The notes under the pieces: model-generated | Database searches by the model: none | What the model was told of the DNA's origin: nothing | The model's input: only the letters and a program-made list of their open reading frames with translations | Assembly: GCF_001194135.2 (NCBI RefSeq) | Contig: NC_068991.1 | Coordinates: forward strand, 17,401,616 to 17,445,820 | Reading direction: 5' to 3' | DNA: 44,205 nucleotides | DNA from: Octopus bimaculoides | Lineage: Eukaryota | Made by a program: the position numbers and the translations under genes | Part shown: positions 1 to 13,306 of the stretch, one piece after another | Numbering within the stretch: the stretch's first letter is position 1 | Layout of the letters: each line of letters begins with the position of its first letter

Positions 1-584
1 ATAAATGCACATATACATTAATACATTTCAATAGATGCACACAAATGAATGCTTATACATTTACAATGTACTCCCCACCATGGCCTGACAAATGCAGTGG
101 GAGGGGTAGTGCCCTCAAGAAAGATAGTAAAACAGTTTCAAGAATTGGTCAATGTGGAGACCCCGCTCCCCCCCCAAAATACAAAAAGAAAATGGAATAA
201 AAAAAAAATGAGGGTTGTGAGGAGACTCAGCAGCTAATATGTGAAAACTCAGCATTCGCTCTGGATGCCAGCATAACTCCATCCAAGACACCTGTATCAC
301 CTTGCCAACCCTGGCCTTAACATCAAATATAACACACACACACACACACACAGAGGTTCATTCATACAAAAAATTCGACTCATGAGCATCACTGAGCAAA
401 AAAAAACCAAAAAACTATGAGGCATGACTATGTATGTCATAGTGAATGTATGTATGTTTATTTGTGTGCGCGTGTATGTGTATGTAACTGCATATGAATG
501 TGTGTACTTGCATGGATGTGTATGGCTGCATGTGTGTTTGTAGGTTGTACCTACACACATACATTCGCATGAATGAGTATGCGC

Positions 585-623
<39 letters not shown>

Positions 624-1861
624 TAAAGTGTGCAAGGCAAGGCTTGTGGGTGTTCAGAATGTTACAATTAATGATAAAAAAAAAATAAAAAAATGGAAGC
701 AAAAAAAATTTGAAATGTAGAGAATGAAAGAGAAACAGGGTGAGAGAGAAAGGTAAAAGAGAGTGGGAGAGAAGGAAGAGTGACAGAACTGTGAAGTCAA
801 CAGATATGAACAAATATCTTTTCTTCCTTCATATCCACTCGCCAAAAAGTACACACCCAGATAAAAACCATGCCTATACACAATCACACACATACACATA
901 CAAACAAAAATCCACACATAAATAGCCATCCATACATGAATGCATTCAAACAAATGCAGTAGCCTATCCACACATATGCAGTTATGCACTTATGTGCACA
1001 TGTCCCACACAACAGATTTAACGACCCACACAACAGATTTAACACGATAAAGTGCACCAAGAAAGTTGAGAAAGAAATAATACACAGAAACAAAGAAAAA
1101 TACACAACACAGGGGGAGTTAACTTCACTGTCCACTTCATGTACTCGAGTACCGATCAGGCTAGCTGTCCGTGTGTCCAGTATGTTTTGTTTTTGTTTTT
1201 TTCTTTTGTTTTTCAAACAGTCCCAGCTTGTGTATCCAAATTTTTTTTTTAAATCTGTACCGCCCACCCGACCCGCAAATATATATTTATATATCCATGT
1301 GTGCATATGTATACACACACACGCACACACACACACACATACAAACACACACACATATATATAAACACACACACACACACACACATACATACATATGCAC
1401 ATGTATATATACATATATATGTATGTATATGCACATATATAATATATATACCTGCACCAACAGCACCTTTTTTTCCTTTTCTCTCTTATTTTTTTATTAT
1501 TTTGTGGAGAAACCAGTAGAGGAAGAGAGAGAGACAACCTCCCTGTCACCTCAATTCAATCAACTTGACCCTAACCTCCCAACCCGCCATGAAATAAAAA
1601 AAAACACAAAAAATTGTCTGATCAAAACATATGCTTCAGATTTTGGGGAGACTTTGATTCTCTCCCTTTCTTTTTCTCCCTCTCAATCTTTCTTTCTCTT
1701 TCTACCTCTCATACTCTTATTCATTCATATTCCATGTTGCTTTCTTTCACTCTCTCTCTCTCTCAAGTGACAGCAGTCGGCATCTGCCTTTCCATTGGCC
1801 CCTGACAACAACAAGTCGTTGGCAGAACGCAAACCCTTGTTGTTTGGTGCGAACCCAATGG

Positions 1862-2220
1862 CTACTGGAGACAGCAATAACAGCTAGACTCTTTGTCATC
1901 TCTGCCAGCATCCAATGCAGTACAGTAGTGACAGTGGCTGCGTCCATCGTCGTCGCCAGCACCCGAAGGGCACGAACTATGCAGGGACTCCCGGCTACAC
2001 ACACACATGCGGTTGGCACCAGAATGCACCGTTCGGAAAAGCTGCTGACACCGGTTGACATAGTCCTCATACTGGCGGTCAAGCTTGGTGGCAGCTGCAA
2101 TCTGCTCAATGCGGGCAGGTACTTCAAGAGCCTTGGCACAATCCAGAGAGCAGGCCCAGTGTTGGAATGGGACACAACTGTTACCCAAATAGGGGTTTTT
2201 GAAAGTGATAACTTTGTAAC
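1862..2220 (-). CDS. Terminal coding exon of an LRR / BC-box / Cys-rich protein (LRRC58/LRRC28-like architecture); ends ...SSCYCCLQ*
   Basis: Acceptor ttttcAG at 2221-2222. Phase 1 completes GGT (Gly) with the exon ending at 4904. Open frame (G)YKVITFKNPYLGNSCVPFQHWACSLDC... to TAG at 1862-1864. Confidence 0.9.
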
Positions 2221-4903
2221 CTGAAAAAGAAAACAAAGAGATTTGTTAATTAAGAATTGACATTTTATATCTAAAAAAGAAAAAGAAATTATAAAAAAAA
2301 AGGTAAACTCATCAGATGACAAATGAAAAAACCCTCAATGAGCAAGAAATAGCAGGTAAATCTCCCTCTATTCACACCTTCCTCTCTAATATACTATTAA
2401 ATTTCTTATATCACAGCTGGAAAAATTTTGAATGTATAACACCCACTTCTTTCTAAGCCNNNNNNNNNNNNNNNNNNNNNNNNNNNNNNNNNNNNNNNNN
2501 NNNNNNNNNNNNNNNNNNNNNNNNNNNNNNNNNNNNNNNNNNNNNNNNNNNNNNNNNNNNNNNNNNNNNNNNNNNNNNNNNNNNNNNNNNNNNNNNNNNN
2601 NNNNNNNNNNNNNNNNNNNNNNNNNNNNNNNNNNNNNNNNNNNNNNNNNNNNNNNNNNNNNNNNNNNNNNNNNNNNNNNNNNNNNNNNNNNNNNNNNCCC
2701 GCCCCTTATATGATACAGGGCAGCCTGTATATATTCTCTATAGCAAGTCACCTGTACCTGTCCCTCTATCATACTGAAGCTTTTCAGTACCTGACATAAA
2801 GCCTTCTCTCTTTCTATGTTCCATTCAGTCAAAAGGTGTTTTTCTTTGTCTTGCAAGTTATGCCATGCGTTAGCTTTGAATTTTAAATATTTTTGCTTGA
2901 AGCATACAAACATTATGGTCAGTGGTTGGGGAAAATTAGAAGGAACATTGGCTATATTATGCACAATATTTGATTTCTCAAAGAAATGTAGATTGTGATA
3001 TTCTTTTTCCATGTATACATGTAATGTAAATGTAGGGTAGGAATAAGATAATTTAATAGATATGTTGTCCAATTGTCCACAAAATATATTTTGCTGTATT
3101 TCTGGGTAAATACTTTAATTTTCGTCGCTTCAGTCTACCAAACAGTCATAAATAGATACTAAAAAAAGATCATCAAGAAATATTTCCTTTCATACAAAAG
3201 CATCTTATCTGTTTTATACTATTGAACTGGAACTAAGCATTGGTCCTTCTCATAGATTTTAAGGAGTCAGACACTGAGTAAAAAAGTGTTCCATACTAAA
3301 AGTGAAAATATTTAATGCATAGGAAGAGCAAGCTGGCCATCTGAAACAACTTCTACTCATAACCTATGTAATTGTATCCCCATTTGCTTCACATGCTACC
3401 ATATTTCCCAGTATGCAAGTTGATATAGTACGTAGAGTAAACATACAGTGTAAACATTCAAACATTATCACTATCTTTCCAAATCTTGCTGCATTTCACA
3501 TGGAATTTTTGGTCCTCCAGAGCTAATCTAGTGTTAATACCAACTACTTCTTTTGGTTGTATATTTAGGTCTGAAAAATTCAACCTGTGTGCCAGAAAAT
3601 ACAGTAACTGGATTTTCAGATGAATCTGAATACTGAATAAGTACCATCCATTGTGCTCTGTGCTCTGTTGGTAATCAAATTAAGCCCAATATAAACCCAC
3701 TCAACATTAAATCAGCATTGATGAGCTGCTCCACGACACATCTATCAATCCACATAGATGTCAGATGAGTGGCAGCATAAATAACAAGATTATGAAGAAA
3801 ACACTTTCTTAAGGCACTATGCAGTGGCATTGAACCCGGGAACCCAGGCCTGTACCAATATTGATAACAACGATTATTAATGCTAGCTGAGGTGGAAAGA
3901 AATTAAGTGAAATGAGCTCAAATGGAAATTAAAAATGGGTTGCCAACACAATTTAACAGGAACTCCTTTCACTGTTCACAATAATGTATTATAATGCAAG
4001 TACCTCCAGAAGCCAAAGATTTTTTTCTGCTTTGTAAGATGCAGGCATTAATAAGAAACTGCCTTAAAACATGGCAACACTGGAACTTGTCTCAGCCCTA
4101 CAAGTCAAGGGCTAAATGTTAATCTACGTATGCTGTGGTTGTATACATAGAAGTTCCGGTGCATTCTTTTGCCGGGGGGGGGGCTATAATGCTGTAAAAA
4201 TGGCCCTGAAAACATTCCCAATATATGTGGTGTCTATACCTGTCATCTCTGTAAAATGAAATACAGAACGAAGTACACAAGCAAAAAGTTTGCAGTGAAA
4301 TTTAAGTCAAACCCCATGAACAGGAGAACCTTTCATTATATCTGTATATCTCCTGTTTTGCACAATCAACTGCATGGAAAAAACAATTTTAAAATTGTAA
4401 CATTTTTAAAGAAAATACCAACCTGCCTGAGATTAACCCTAGTTCTATGAAGTAAAACCCATCCTTTTAAAGTGTTCATATTTAAATTAGAAACTTCCTT
4501 TCTGTTAAGTTATGTGCAAAACACCACTTTAATATATCAAAAACCAAACCACCGAGGAAGCATCAATGTGGTCACTCAACCTGCTAGAAATAACAACCAA
4601 AACTCCCTCGAATCATATCCTACCATTTTTAAAAAGAAAAAGATACATAAGATATTGTAGTACTTATGTGGATGCCCATAAAAAGACAGGATGGTCATAG
4701 CTGGAATGCCTTTTTATCATAGGTCTGCTCAATCAGGATTGACCTAGGACTAAACAAAACTAACAACAACAACCAATAAATAAAAGTTATTCTCCTAAAT
4801 CCCTATAAATTTTGGATTATTTTCCATAATTAAAATATAGTCAGCATGATTCATGAGAAATAATGACAATGAAAGGTTAACAACGAAAAGAGAGGAAACT
4901 TAC

Positions 4904-5423
4904 CAGGTAGATGTCGGAGAAGAGCCTGCTTGCAATAGTGACACAAGTAAAATTTATAATAGAGCTCTGAAATATAGTCCTTTAGTATATCAGCAATACA
5001 GCTGTTGTTATAAAAGTCTATCTTTTGTCCAATCACAGACTTTGCAGCCCAGAACTGAAGACTGGCTGGCACCTTAGACATGGCAACGCCAAACCCTCCA
5101 GCTGGGATAATCCGATAGTTCACGTCGGTGTGGTACCACATAAATGTGGCTTTGAAGTAGTTGTGGTTACCGTGACGGTACACAGTCTCGATGGAGGGCA
5201 TGGTAAGCAAGAATCCAGGGAGAGCATCCAGTAAGTTGTTGTCCAGCAGGATAGTTTTCAGCTTGGTGCAGAAGGTTAGCGTGTATGGAATTGCACTGAC
5301 TTGCAGCTTGTTGTTGGTCAATGCCAGATATTCCAGCTGCTTCATTCGACCAATGTCTGCAGGTAGATGGTCCAAGCTGTTGTATTTCAATGACAAGTGT
5401 GTCACATTTGCACACTTAAAGAT
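4904..5423 (-). CDS. Internal coding exon (520 nt): LRR repeats, BC-box/cullin-box-like segment and first CHYC motif
   Basis: Acceptor tttcAG at 5424-5425 (phase 0) and donor GTAAGT at 4898-4903 (phase 1). Translation IFKCANVTHLSLKYNSLDHLPADIGRMKQLEYLALTNNKL...LKTILLDNNLLDALP shows LxxLxLxxNxL repeats, followed by SLQFWAAKSV...IADILKDYI...CHYC. Confidence 0.93.
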
Positions 5424-8094
5424 CTGAAATGATTTTTTTAAATATTACATTTATTAGAGGATTTTCTTGCTAATTATTGACTATTTTAATTTTAAAACAA
5501 AAACTCAAACAAAACAAATCAAAAAAGATTTTATTGTTGTTCGATATATAAAGGTGAGAAAATAGGAGAAATAATAGAACATGAGATAAAAATATTGTAA
5601 TTATTTTCCTTTAGATTCTGTGCTCGAATGCAATTAAGTTTAACTTCGCGCTTTATCCCTTTTCTATCAATAAAATAAGGAAGTGATGTATTAAAGCCAA
5701 AGTGTTGACTAATATACTTTTTATTGCAATGTGTGGCTGTATACAAATGATCAGGTTTAGTAGACAGAAACTGAAAGAAATCCATCATGTGTGTGTGTGT
5801 GTCTGCGCTTGTCACCTAGTCTTCACATCATGAGATAGTTATAATTTACTGTCATTGTTATATAAGTGGAGTTCCTCATTTCCAGTCTTCCACAAACACA
5901 TGACTAGCCATGGAGAAATATTACCTTGCTTGGAAACAGGTGAGGATTAGCTACAAAAGGATACCCCTTCATAGAAAATCTTCCCCCAATGAACTCTGTC
6001 TGACCCATGCAAGCATGAAAAAGTGGACATTACAATGATGATGATTAATTGTGTGTGTGTGTGAGTATGTGTATTTGTGATATCATGAAAGTACATGAAT
6101 ATTCAACAGACCATAGGATTGGGAGTTTTATTCTACTTTTATCTCTGTTCTATTTGTGGAGGAAGATGCTATGCCCATGGTAAGTGCAGGCCCTCCAAGA
6201 CCTATGAGAGTGATGCAGTTAGTGTTCCTCTCAAACAGATTAGGAGCTTATAGATTTCGACTTCAAGTGCCATATCTAGAGCAATTGTTCTTAACCTGTA
6301 TAGCATTGCCCTCTTACTGTTATTGTAAGGAGAAAAAATGTCAAGTGGATGCTACAAGAAAGTGGGGTTGGGTATTTAGAAAATTTATGGCTTTTCTGTG
6401 AAATAAAGTTTTTAAACATTTATGTATTTGTTTTGCAAGATTCTTGATATGAAACTGTGTGATGAAACCATCCCCAAGTATAGCAAAATATCTAAACATA
6501 TTTTAAACACTTACTTGAAAACATTTTGTCAGGGCTAGAATATCAATAGCACATTGTGCTACCAGTGAACAGAACTGTCAGTCGTATGCTCTTCATTTGG
6601 TCTTGTGCAATATCCAGAATAGAGATTTGAGCTCAGAACAGCAAGATCAGCAAATTACTCATTACTTATACTGTACCATCACACAGTATCTAGGCATACT
6701 GGACTTGCAGAAGTTATCGGTACAGCTTGTGGACACAACAACATGCTGGGCTATCAAGTGTTGTTTGATTTTGCCAGAGACACAAGTCAGTACTACAGAT
6801 GTGATAAGACCTGTCAACCTTTCAAAAAGTCATCCAACAATATATCATCTCTACCAGCTGCTGCATCCATGGTACCAGTTATGTGATCACAACATTCTGG
6901 GTCAATATCATTTTAATTTGGAAAAATGACTGAAGTATTGTACAAGCCATTTTTTAATTATAGCACAATTAAGAACCATTGTCTTGAATCTCCCAAAGCA
7001 TGGTGGGTTTCTGGTAAAAATATTAATTTCTAGTATTAGAGAAGGTCACACAGTTTGGTAAAAGTTGTCAGTTATATCGATCCCAGTACATGACTGATAG
7101 TCTTTTATCGAACCTGAGAGACTGAAAGACAAAGTTGAGTTCAGTGGAATTTAAAGCCATAACCACAAATACTGTAAGATATCTTGTCCAATGTTTTAGC
7201 AATTTTGCCAAATAACAGAAATTTATGAGAATAACATCAATCAACTGTATCTTCTATATTTATAGTTAAAAAGTGAAGAACAGGATAGTTTACAAGGTAA
7301 ATAATTTTACTAATATCCAAAATCCAATGTCTCATATATTCAAGTTAAAAATTCTACTGGAGTCAATATTCATGAGTGAATAGATAAATATACAAATAAA
7401 CGAAAACACTATGTACTGGGGCTAAGTAAATTGATTGCACTGTCTTTGATATTGCCAGGGAAATAAACTTAAGACTGCAGGAGGCAAAAGCCTCAGACCT
7501 TTGAGAACCTCTTTGCACCAACAATATGTAGTGTGTTCAAAGGGTAATTTTTCATTTTATAATCTGGAAAGTGAAACAACTGAACTAGGTGGAGGTTGGT
7601 ATAATAAAATGGAAAAGAGATAATGTTAGGCAGTATATGATTTATACTGAGCAATAAAATGAAACTTGAAGAATATTTTTCTTTAAAACTGAAAATTTAT
7701 TTCAAAACCATATATATATAGAACAAATGGTTGACCTTACTATAAAACTAGCACAATGACAATTGCAGACAGCATCATTACCATTTATAAGCTAACTGAA
7801 AGGGGTTAAGTTGTATGGAATATTTGTATTATGATGATGAAGATTACAAGTACAATTAACTTTCTTGTATCATTCTGGTTAATTTATAATTCTGCAGTGT
7901 GCTGTAATGAACCAATGCATATAATGAAATTGTCTCACATGTTCAGAGAGAAATGTTTGGAAACATTGTGTATGCAGGCATTAAAGTATAAGAAAATATT
8001 CTTTCTTCTTTGAGTTTCATCTTACAACATCACCTTGTAGAGCTCATGTATTGGTAGACAGCTGTTGACTATAAACAATATGCTATGGACCAGG

Positions 8095-8214
8095 TTATAC
8101 AGTTAACTCTTGTGTCTGTATAGACACAATACTTAATTGCACGTACACATAAGTTAAATGAATGTTACTACGGTTAATATATAGTTGGCATAGACACAAT
8201 ACTTAACTGTATAA
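8095..8214. repeat. Intronic inverted repeat / hairpin (120 bp)
   Basis: TTATACAGTTAA (8095-8106) is the exact reverse complement of TTAACTGTATAA (8203-8214). Pairing extends through TTGTGTCT/AGACACAA. ATAGACACAATACTTAA is also present twice as a direct repeat. Confidence 0.75.
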
Positions 8215-9412
8215 ATATGTTCTGATATAAACATTCAGTTTCAAAAGTATCAATTTTTTTCACCTTCATATTACTGCCGAGTTTCTGGCAAATGACGATT
8301 TGTCAAGTTTAGTGGTTTCATTTTACAGATCATAAAACGAAGTCCACCATTCAAAGATTTAAAAAAAAAAAAAAAGCAATACACGTTGATTAACAGACTT
8401 ATACAGCAGTGATGTAAAGTAGACATGCTCTGCCAAAATCTGCTCCAAAAACAACTAACATGTTATACTAGAAACTTCTATCGTTTCATGAGCAAGAGTT
8501 AGCCAAATCAAGACTAAAACAGCTGCTCATATTCCATCAAGACAACTTTCAATGGCCTTAACAAGTTGTTTAGCACAAGATTAGCCCCCACCGAGAAGAC
8601 CTACGATCAAAAATGCAGTCATATTTAATCTCGTCTCTATTCAGGCATTGTACACTCCAGACTATATTATACGATGTATTCTTTTTATTTATTTATTTTT
8701 ACTTTTTCTTTGAATTCTTTGGAGTTACAACCGTAAAACTGACATGTATTGAGTTGGTTTGCTGCATTGGGTGAAACTCAACAGGGACTGGCTCTGACAG
8801 GCTAACATACTATAATAGGGACACTGAGATTAAAAAAAAAAATGTCCTCAATATGGATCAATGATTAAATTGTATACAGAACTTTCTAACCATCACCATC
8901 GTATATTTTCATTATAAAATTATACTTTAGATACCATAAAGGTTTATAAATTTACAAGATCGTGGGCACTATTATAGGTGGGTGGGTAGATTTATTTGCC
9001 GATATATATGCTCTATCAGTAATACGCCTCCACCCATCAGCTTTATACGTACATCACGTCCTTCCTCCGTTTCACCCACACACCTGTGTGTCTTATGATG
9101 CAACATAACCGGGAGTAAGAGAGGGGAAGGGGAGAGAAACAGACAAACAGACAGACACACGTGAGGCCGGACAGACAGTGATTAGAAAGGGGCGGGAGTT
9201 TGTTTAGCCTGTCTTGAAATAGTCAAACTTAGCCTAAATAACGGACATGGAACCCAACTAGCAAAGGGTCAAAAGGCTTTCAGATCAGAAACCCCACTTC
9301 TACCCAGACAGTTGGTCGTGCTCGCCCCGAACATAAACAAGTAAAAACTGTCACGAGACATGAGTCTAAGGAAAGATAACTAGAAAAGTAGAATAACAGA
9401 ATGAGTGATTAC

Positions 9413-9510
9413 CTCCCTTGGTAGCCGGTTGTCGTCGCCGTATTTGAATATGCTATCCAAATGAAATTCTGTAAACTGGTAATAGTTCAGATACAATGAT
9501 AGCAAAGTTT
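9413..9510 (-). CDS. Internal coding exon (98 nt) of the LRR gene: (E)TLLSLYLNYYQFTEFHLDSIFKYGDDNRLPRE
   Basis: Acceptor tttccAG at 9511-9512 and donor GAG|GTAATC at 9412. The phase-0 join gives LPRE|IFKCANVTHLSL, a canonical LRR junction with the next exon. Confidence 0.85.
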
Positions 9511-9548
9511 CTGGAAATAAAAACATACTAATTAATTTTTTCCCATCT

Positions 9549-9582
<34 letters not shown>

Positions 9583-10329
9583 TTATTTTCATATATAACA
9601 TAAACATGTACATCTTTTAAAACATTGTCATTTTATAAGATTTTGCTGGAAAATTTTTTAATTAACATAAACATTTATTTACACGGAGAACTTTTATTAA
9701 CAAGTCAGTTTAGTAAAGAAATCAAACAGGACTTGACGAAATAATGCCTTTAATTGTTTTCAATAAAAAATAACATAACAACTGAGAAAATACAACTTTA
9801 TTTAAGAAAAAAAAATGGTAGAAGATAGAAAGAAACAGGATTATTTTTAGAAGAGATAAATGGTAAAATGTGACATATTTCTCCCGGAGCATGAATGAAT
9901 ACTACTGAAACTTTAAGTGGAACAAACTAGGAATTAAATTAAAATCCTACAGAATGCTTGTTCAAACCAAATTTCTTGGTCAAATTTCTATAATATTCAG
10001 ATGCTGGGTAGCTGAATTCCAAACCTTAACAATCCGAAAACAATATAGGCCTCAACAGAGATGGTTAGTTTTAATCAATGTTTTATTCAACTCATAAATG
10101 AAATAACAGAATCAGTTACTCAACTTTTCATAATTAGAAGGATCTGCCAGTAAAAGTTTGGGCATGGACAATACATTGGAAGAATGATTGAGTACAAGTT
10201 ATCATACTTTACACCAGCGGCCTTTTTTTTTTTCTTTTTCCCTCTATTTGATAAGTTTGGAAGAAGGGACAGTGCCCATGACATTTGCAGGCCTTCCAAG
10301 AACAGTGAGGTTTATACCTTTCCTGTTCC

Positions 10330-10520
10330 ATTCAAACAATTGCAGGTCATCAGCTCCAGAAAAGATATGAGAACAGAGACGATTCCAGAGGGATGAAGTT
10401 CTGGGAAAGAAGGACTGAGAATAGTAGTTAGTGCAGGGCCTTGGGAAGGGTGGTAGAGGTGACAAAGGTGACAAGAGGTAGAGAGATGAATAGGCCATGG
10501 GTACCTGAGTAGCCAGCACA
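10330..10520 (-). mobile_element. Degenerate 3' end of a non-LTR retrotransposon ORF2 (CR1/L2/Jockey-type C-terminus)
   Basis: Minus-strand translation CTNYYSQSFFPRTSSLWNRL...DLQLF matches the SFFPRT..LWN.LP C-terminal motif of these LINE clades. Confidence 0.7.
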
Positions 10521-11437
10521 GTAGTGGGCCACAGGCTGGACCATGTTCCTTAATGATTGAATACGCATCAGCTAAGCTACTCAGTTGAGATATAATCTAA
10601 GATGTATCAGTGTTTCACTGTGGTTTATTCTTTGGGAACTAAAACACTGCTTCATCATCATCAATCATCATCATCATCAATCATCATCATCATCATCTAT
10701 TAAAATCATTCATAATTCTTGGATAGATAGAAAGCCAGATATCCATAAGATAAAGTGTGTAAAGCAACTAAATTAATTTCTGATATATGACTGATAATTA
10801 TTCTATCGATTCTTGAAATGATGAATGGATGATTATTGGAATCAATGAAATAGAATACTAGACAAGTATTTGCGTTGAATTAATTCAGTTTCCTCCCACA
10901 AGTGTGATGACCTTACGATAATGTTAAAAATCATTATTACTGTTACAAACAAAGTGGCAAGCTGACAGAATCATTACTACACTGGGAAAAATGCTTGGCA
11001 GCATTTCGTCTAGCTTTACATTCTGAGTTCAAATGTCGCCGAGGTCAATTTTACATTTCATCCTGTTGTGGTCAATAAAATAAGTACCAGTTGAGTACTA
11101 GAATCTATGTAATTGACTAGCTCCCTCCTACAAAATTTCAGGCCTTGTGCCAATTGTAGAAATTCAGGCCTTGTGCCAATTAACCCGAGCACCTATTTTC
11201 TTTTAAGCTTGGTATTTATTCTATCTATCTTTTTTACCAAAGCACTAAGTTAAAGGATACACCAACATACAAATACACACTCACACATATATATACAGGA
11301 TATACTTTTCATAATGAGATAAAAAAAAACCAAGGCTGTGTATAATATAGAACATTTATAAATCAAATGTCTTATAGCACTTACTCAGCATTACCTGAAA
11401 CCTCTGGGTCTAATTGACACCACAGTCGCTCATAACC

Positions 11438-11479
<42 letters not shown>

Positions 11480-11482
11480 TAT

Positions 11483-11640
11483 AATGGGCTTCTTTCAGTT
11501 TCTGTCTACCAAATCCACTCACAAGGCTTTGACTGGCCCAAAGCTATAGCAGAAGACACTTGCCTGTGGTGCCATGCAGGAGGACTGAACCCAGAACCAT
11601 GTGGTTGGGAAGCAAATTTCTAATAATACAGCTATGCTTG
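11483..11640 (-). mobile_element. Partial family-B SINE (5' half)
   Basis: GGGCTTCTTTCAGTTTCTGTCTACCAAATCCACTCACAAGGC...GGACTGAACCCAGAACCATGTGGTTGG. Confidence 0.75.
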
Positions 11641-13306
11641 CAATTAATAATTTCATACGCTGGCACAGATTTGAAAAGGAAGAGTCTAGTCTAGTCAAAT
11701 GAATTAAATTTACTATATACTTCAGGGTATTTTATGGCTCTCAGAGTGATGTAAGACAAAAATCAAATTGTGGAAAAATTTGAATTGTTTCAAAATTCAA
11801 ATAACTTTTGTGGTGTAATCAGAAGAGGAAAGGTAGTACTCATGACCCTTTCCAAGAACTGTGAGTCTAGTAGGAAGAAATTTTCCTTAAATTGGACACC
11901 TGGTCTAAATGCTTGCAGTAGAGTGGACTCCACTAAAAGCCATCATGGACAAGATTAAACAAAAAGACAATTTAAGTTTACTACCCCAAAATCATTTACT
12001 ATGTAGGACAAATTTTAACACTATAATTGCACCACCTTTTTTGTTACATCATTATTCTGTAGTTAATAATAATAATAAAAATGATCCTTTCTACTGTAGT
12101 CACAAGGCATGAAATCTTGTAGGAACGGGCTAGTTGATTACATCGACCCCAGTGCTTAATTGGTAGTTATTTCATCAACCCCAAAAGGATGAAAGGCGAA
12201 GTCAACTTTGGCAGTATTTGAACTCAGAACAAAAAGCACTATGCATCATTAATTAAGATTTAAGTATGAGTTGTTAATAAATCATTATTCAACATTATTC
12301 AATTTGTTTTTATCATCCTGTAATATAAAGTTCTTATAGTGGAGGTAGATCGCACGCTAAAATGTAAAAAGGGTAAGAAAAGGCAGACTGCATGCTACAC
12401 GTAATTTTACAGCGTAGCCAGGATGGTAAACTGCACGTTAAAGTAGCACCCTTTTTTTATTATTAACACTGGGGGGGGGGGAATAATTGTAAAGTTGATC
12501 CAACAGGATTTGAACTCAGAATGTAAAGAGATGCAACTAAATAACTCAAGACATTTTAATCCAATACTATGTCACTTTGTACCAATCTGCTGTCATCGTC
12601 ATCATCAAGACAGCAACCCAGCGGAGTCATTACTATATCAAATGAAACGCTTAGCAGCATTTCTTCTGCTTTTACAATAATAATAAGTACTAGTTGAGCA
12701 CTGGGATCAATGTAATTGAGTTCCACCTCCCCCCAGTATTACTGGCCTTGTGCCAAAATTTGAAACCATTATTATTCTGCAGAGGTCAGCTTTGCCTTTC
12801 ATCCTTTTGACATTGATAAATTAAGTACCAGTTGAGCACTGGATTCCTGGATTGGTACATTTTTTTTTCATTGACCCTGAAAGGATGCAAGACAAATTTT
12901 ACCTTGGTAGGATTTGAACTCAGAGCACCTGAGAATCAGAACAAACACTGCACAGCATTTTAGCCAGTGCTCTAACAATTCTACAAATTCACAGCTGATG
13001 CAACTCATGCACATGCAACTTAACTCAAGGCACTTCAATTACCAGTCATAACCTTTTTACCATAGGCAAGAACGACAAGGATTGATAAGGAGCAAAATGG
13101 AAGTAAAACTGAAAAGCTGTGACATTTAAGAGACTTTTCCATAAGAAACATTTGCTACACTGGTGAAATAACTTCAACCAAATATCTAGAACTGCCCCTA
13201 AGGGCAAAAATGCTATTCCTACAAAAAAAGAGAGCAGTAGGAAAAAATAAGGTGTTTAAAACACAATAGAAATAATTAAGGTAAAAAAACAAAAAGAAAT
13301 ACTGAC

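Noticed and set aside
49-320. Possible frameshifted coding stretch (…ETPLPPQNTKRK… / EETQQLICENSAFALD…) around a poly-A run
   Set aside because: It needs a frameshift, has no clear splice sites, and resembles nothing I recognise.
297-1770. Many ORFs rich in HT, CV or YI repeats (also at 18.2-18.7, 27.4-29.8 and 40.7-41.1 kb)
   Set aside because: Translations of (CA)n, (TG)n, (TA)n and (GATA)n microsatellites.
1747-2322. 191-aa minus ORF and 126-aa plus ORF (1844-2224) overlapping the last exon
   Set aside because: Shadow frames of the real exon. They have no recognisable motifs, and splice phase supports the 1862-2220 frame.
4851-5405. 184-aa ORF as a standalone intronless gene
   Set aside because: It starts at GTG inside an exon and reads through a consensus donor at 4903. 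It is exon 4904-5423 plus intron read-through.
6597-6929. 110-aa ORF containing YLGIL, reminiscent of an RT YLG motif
   Set aside because: The motif is too short, with no other RT motifs, so a LINE call cannot be supported.
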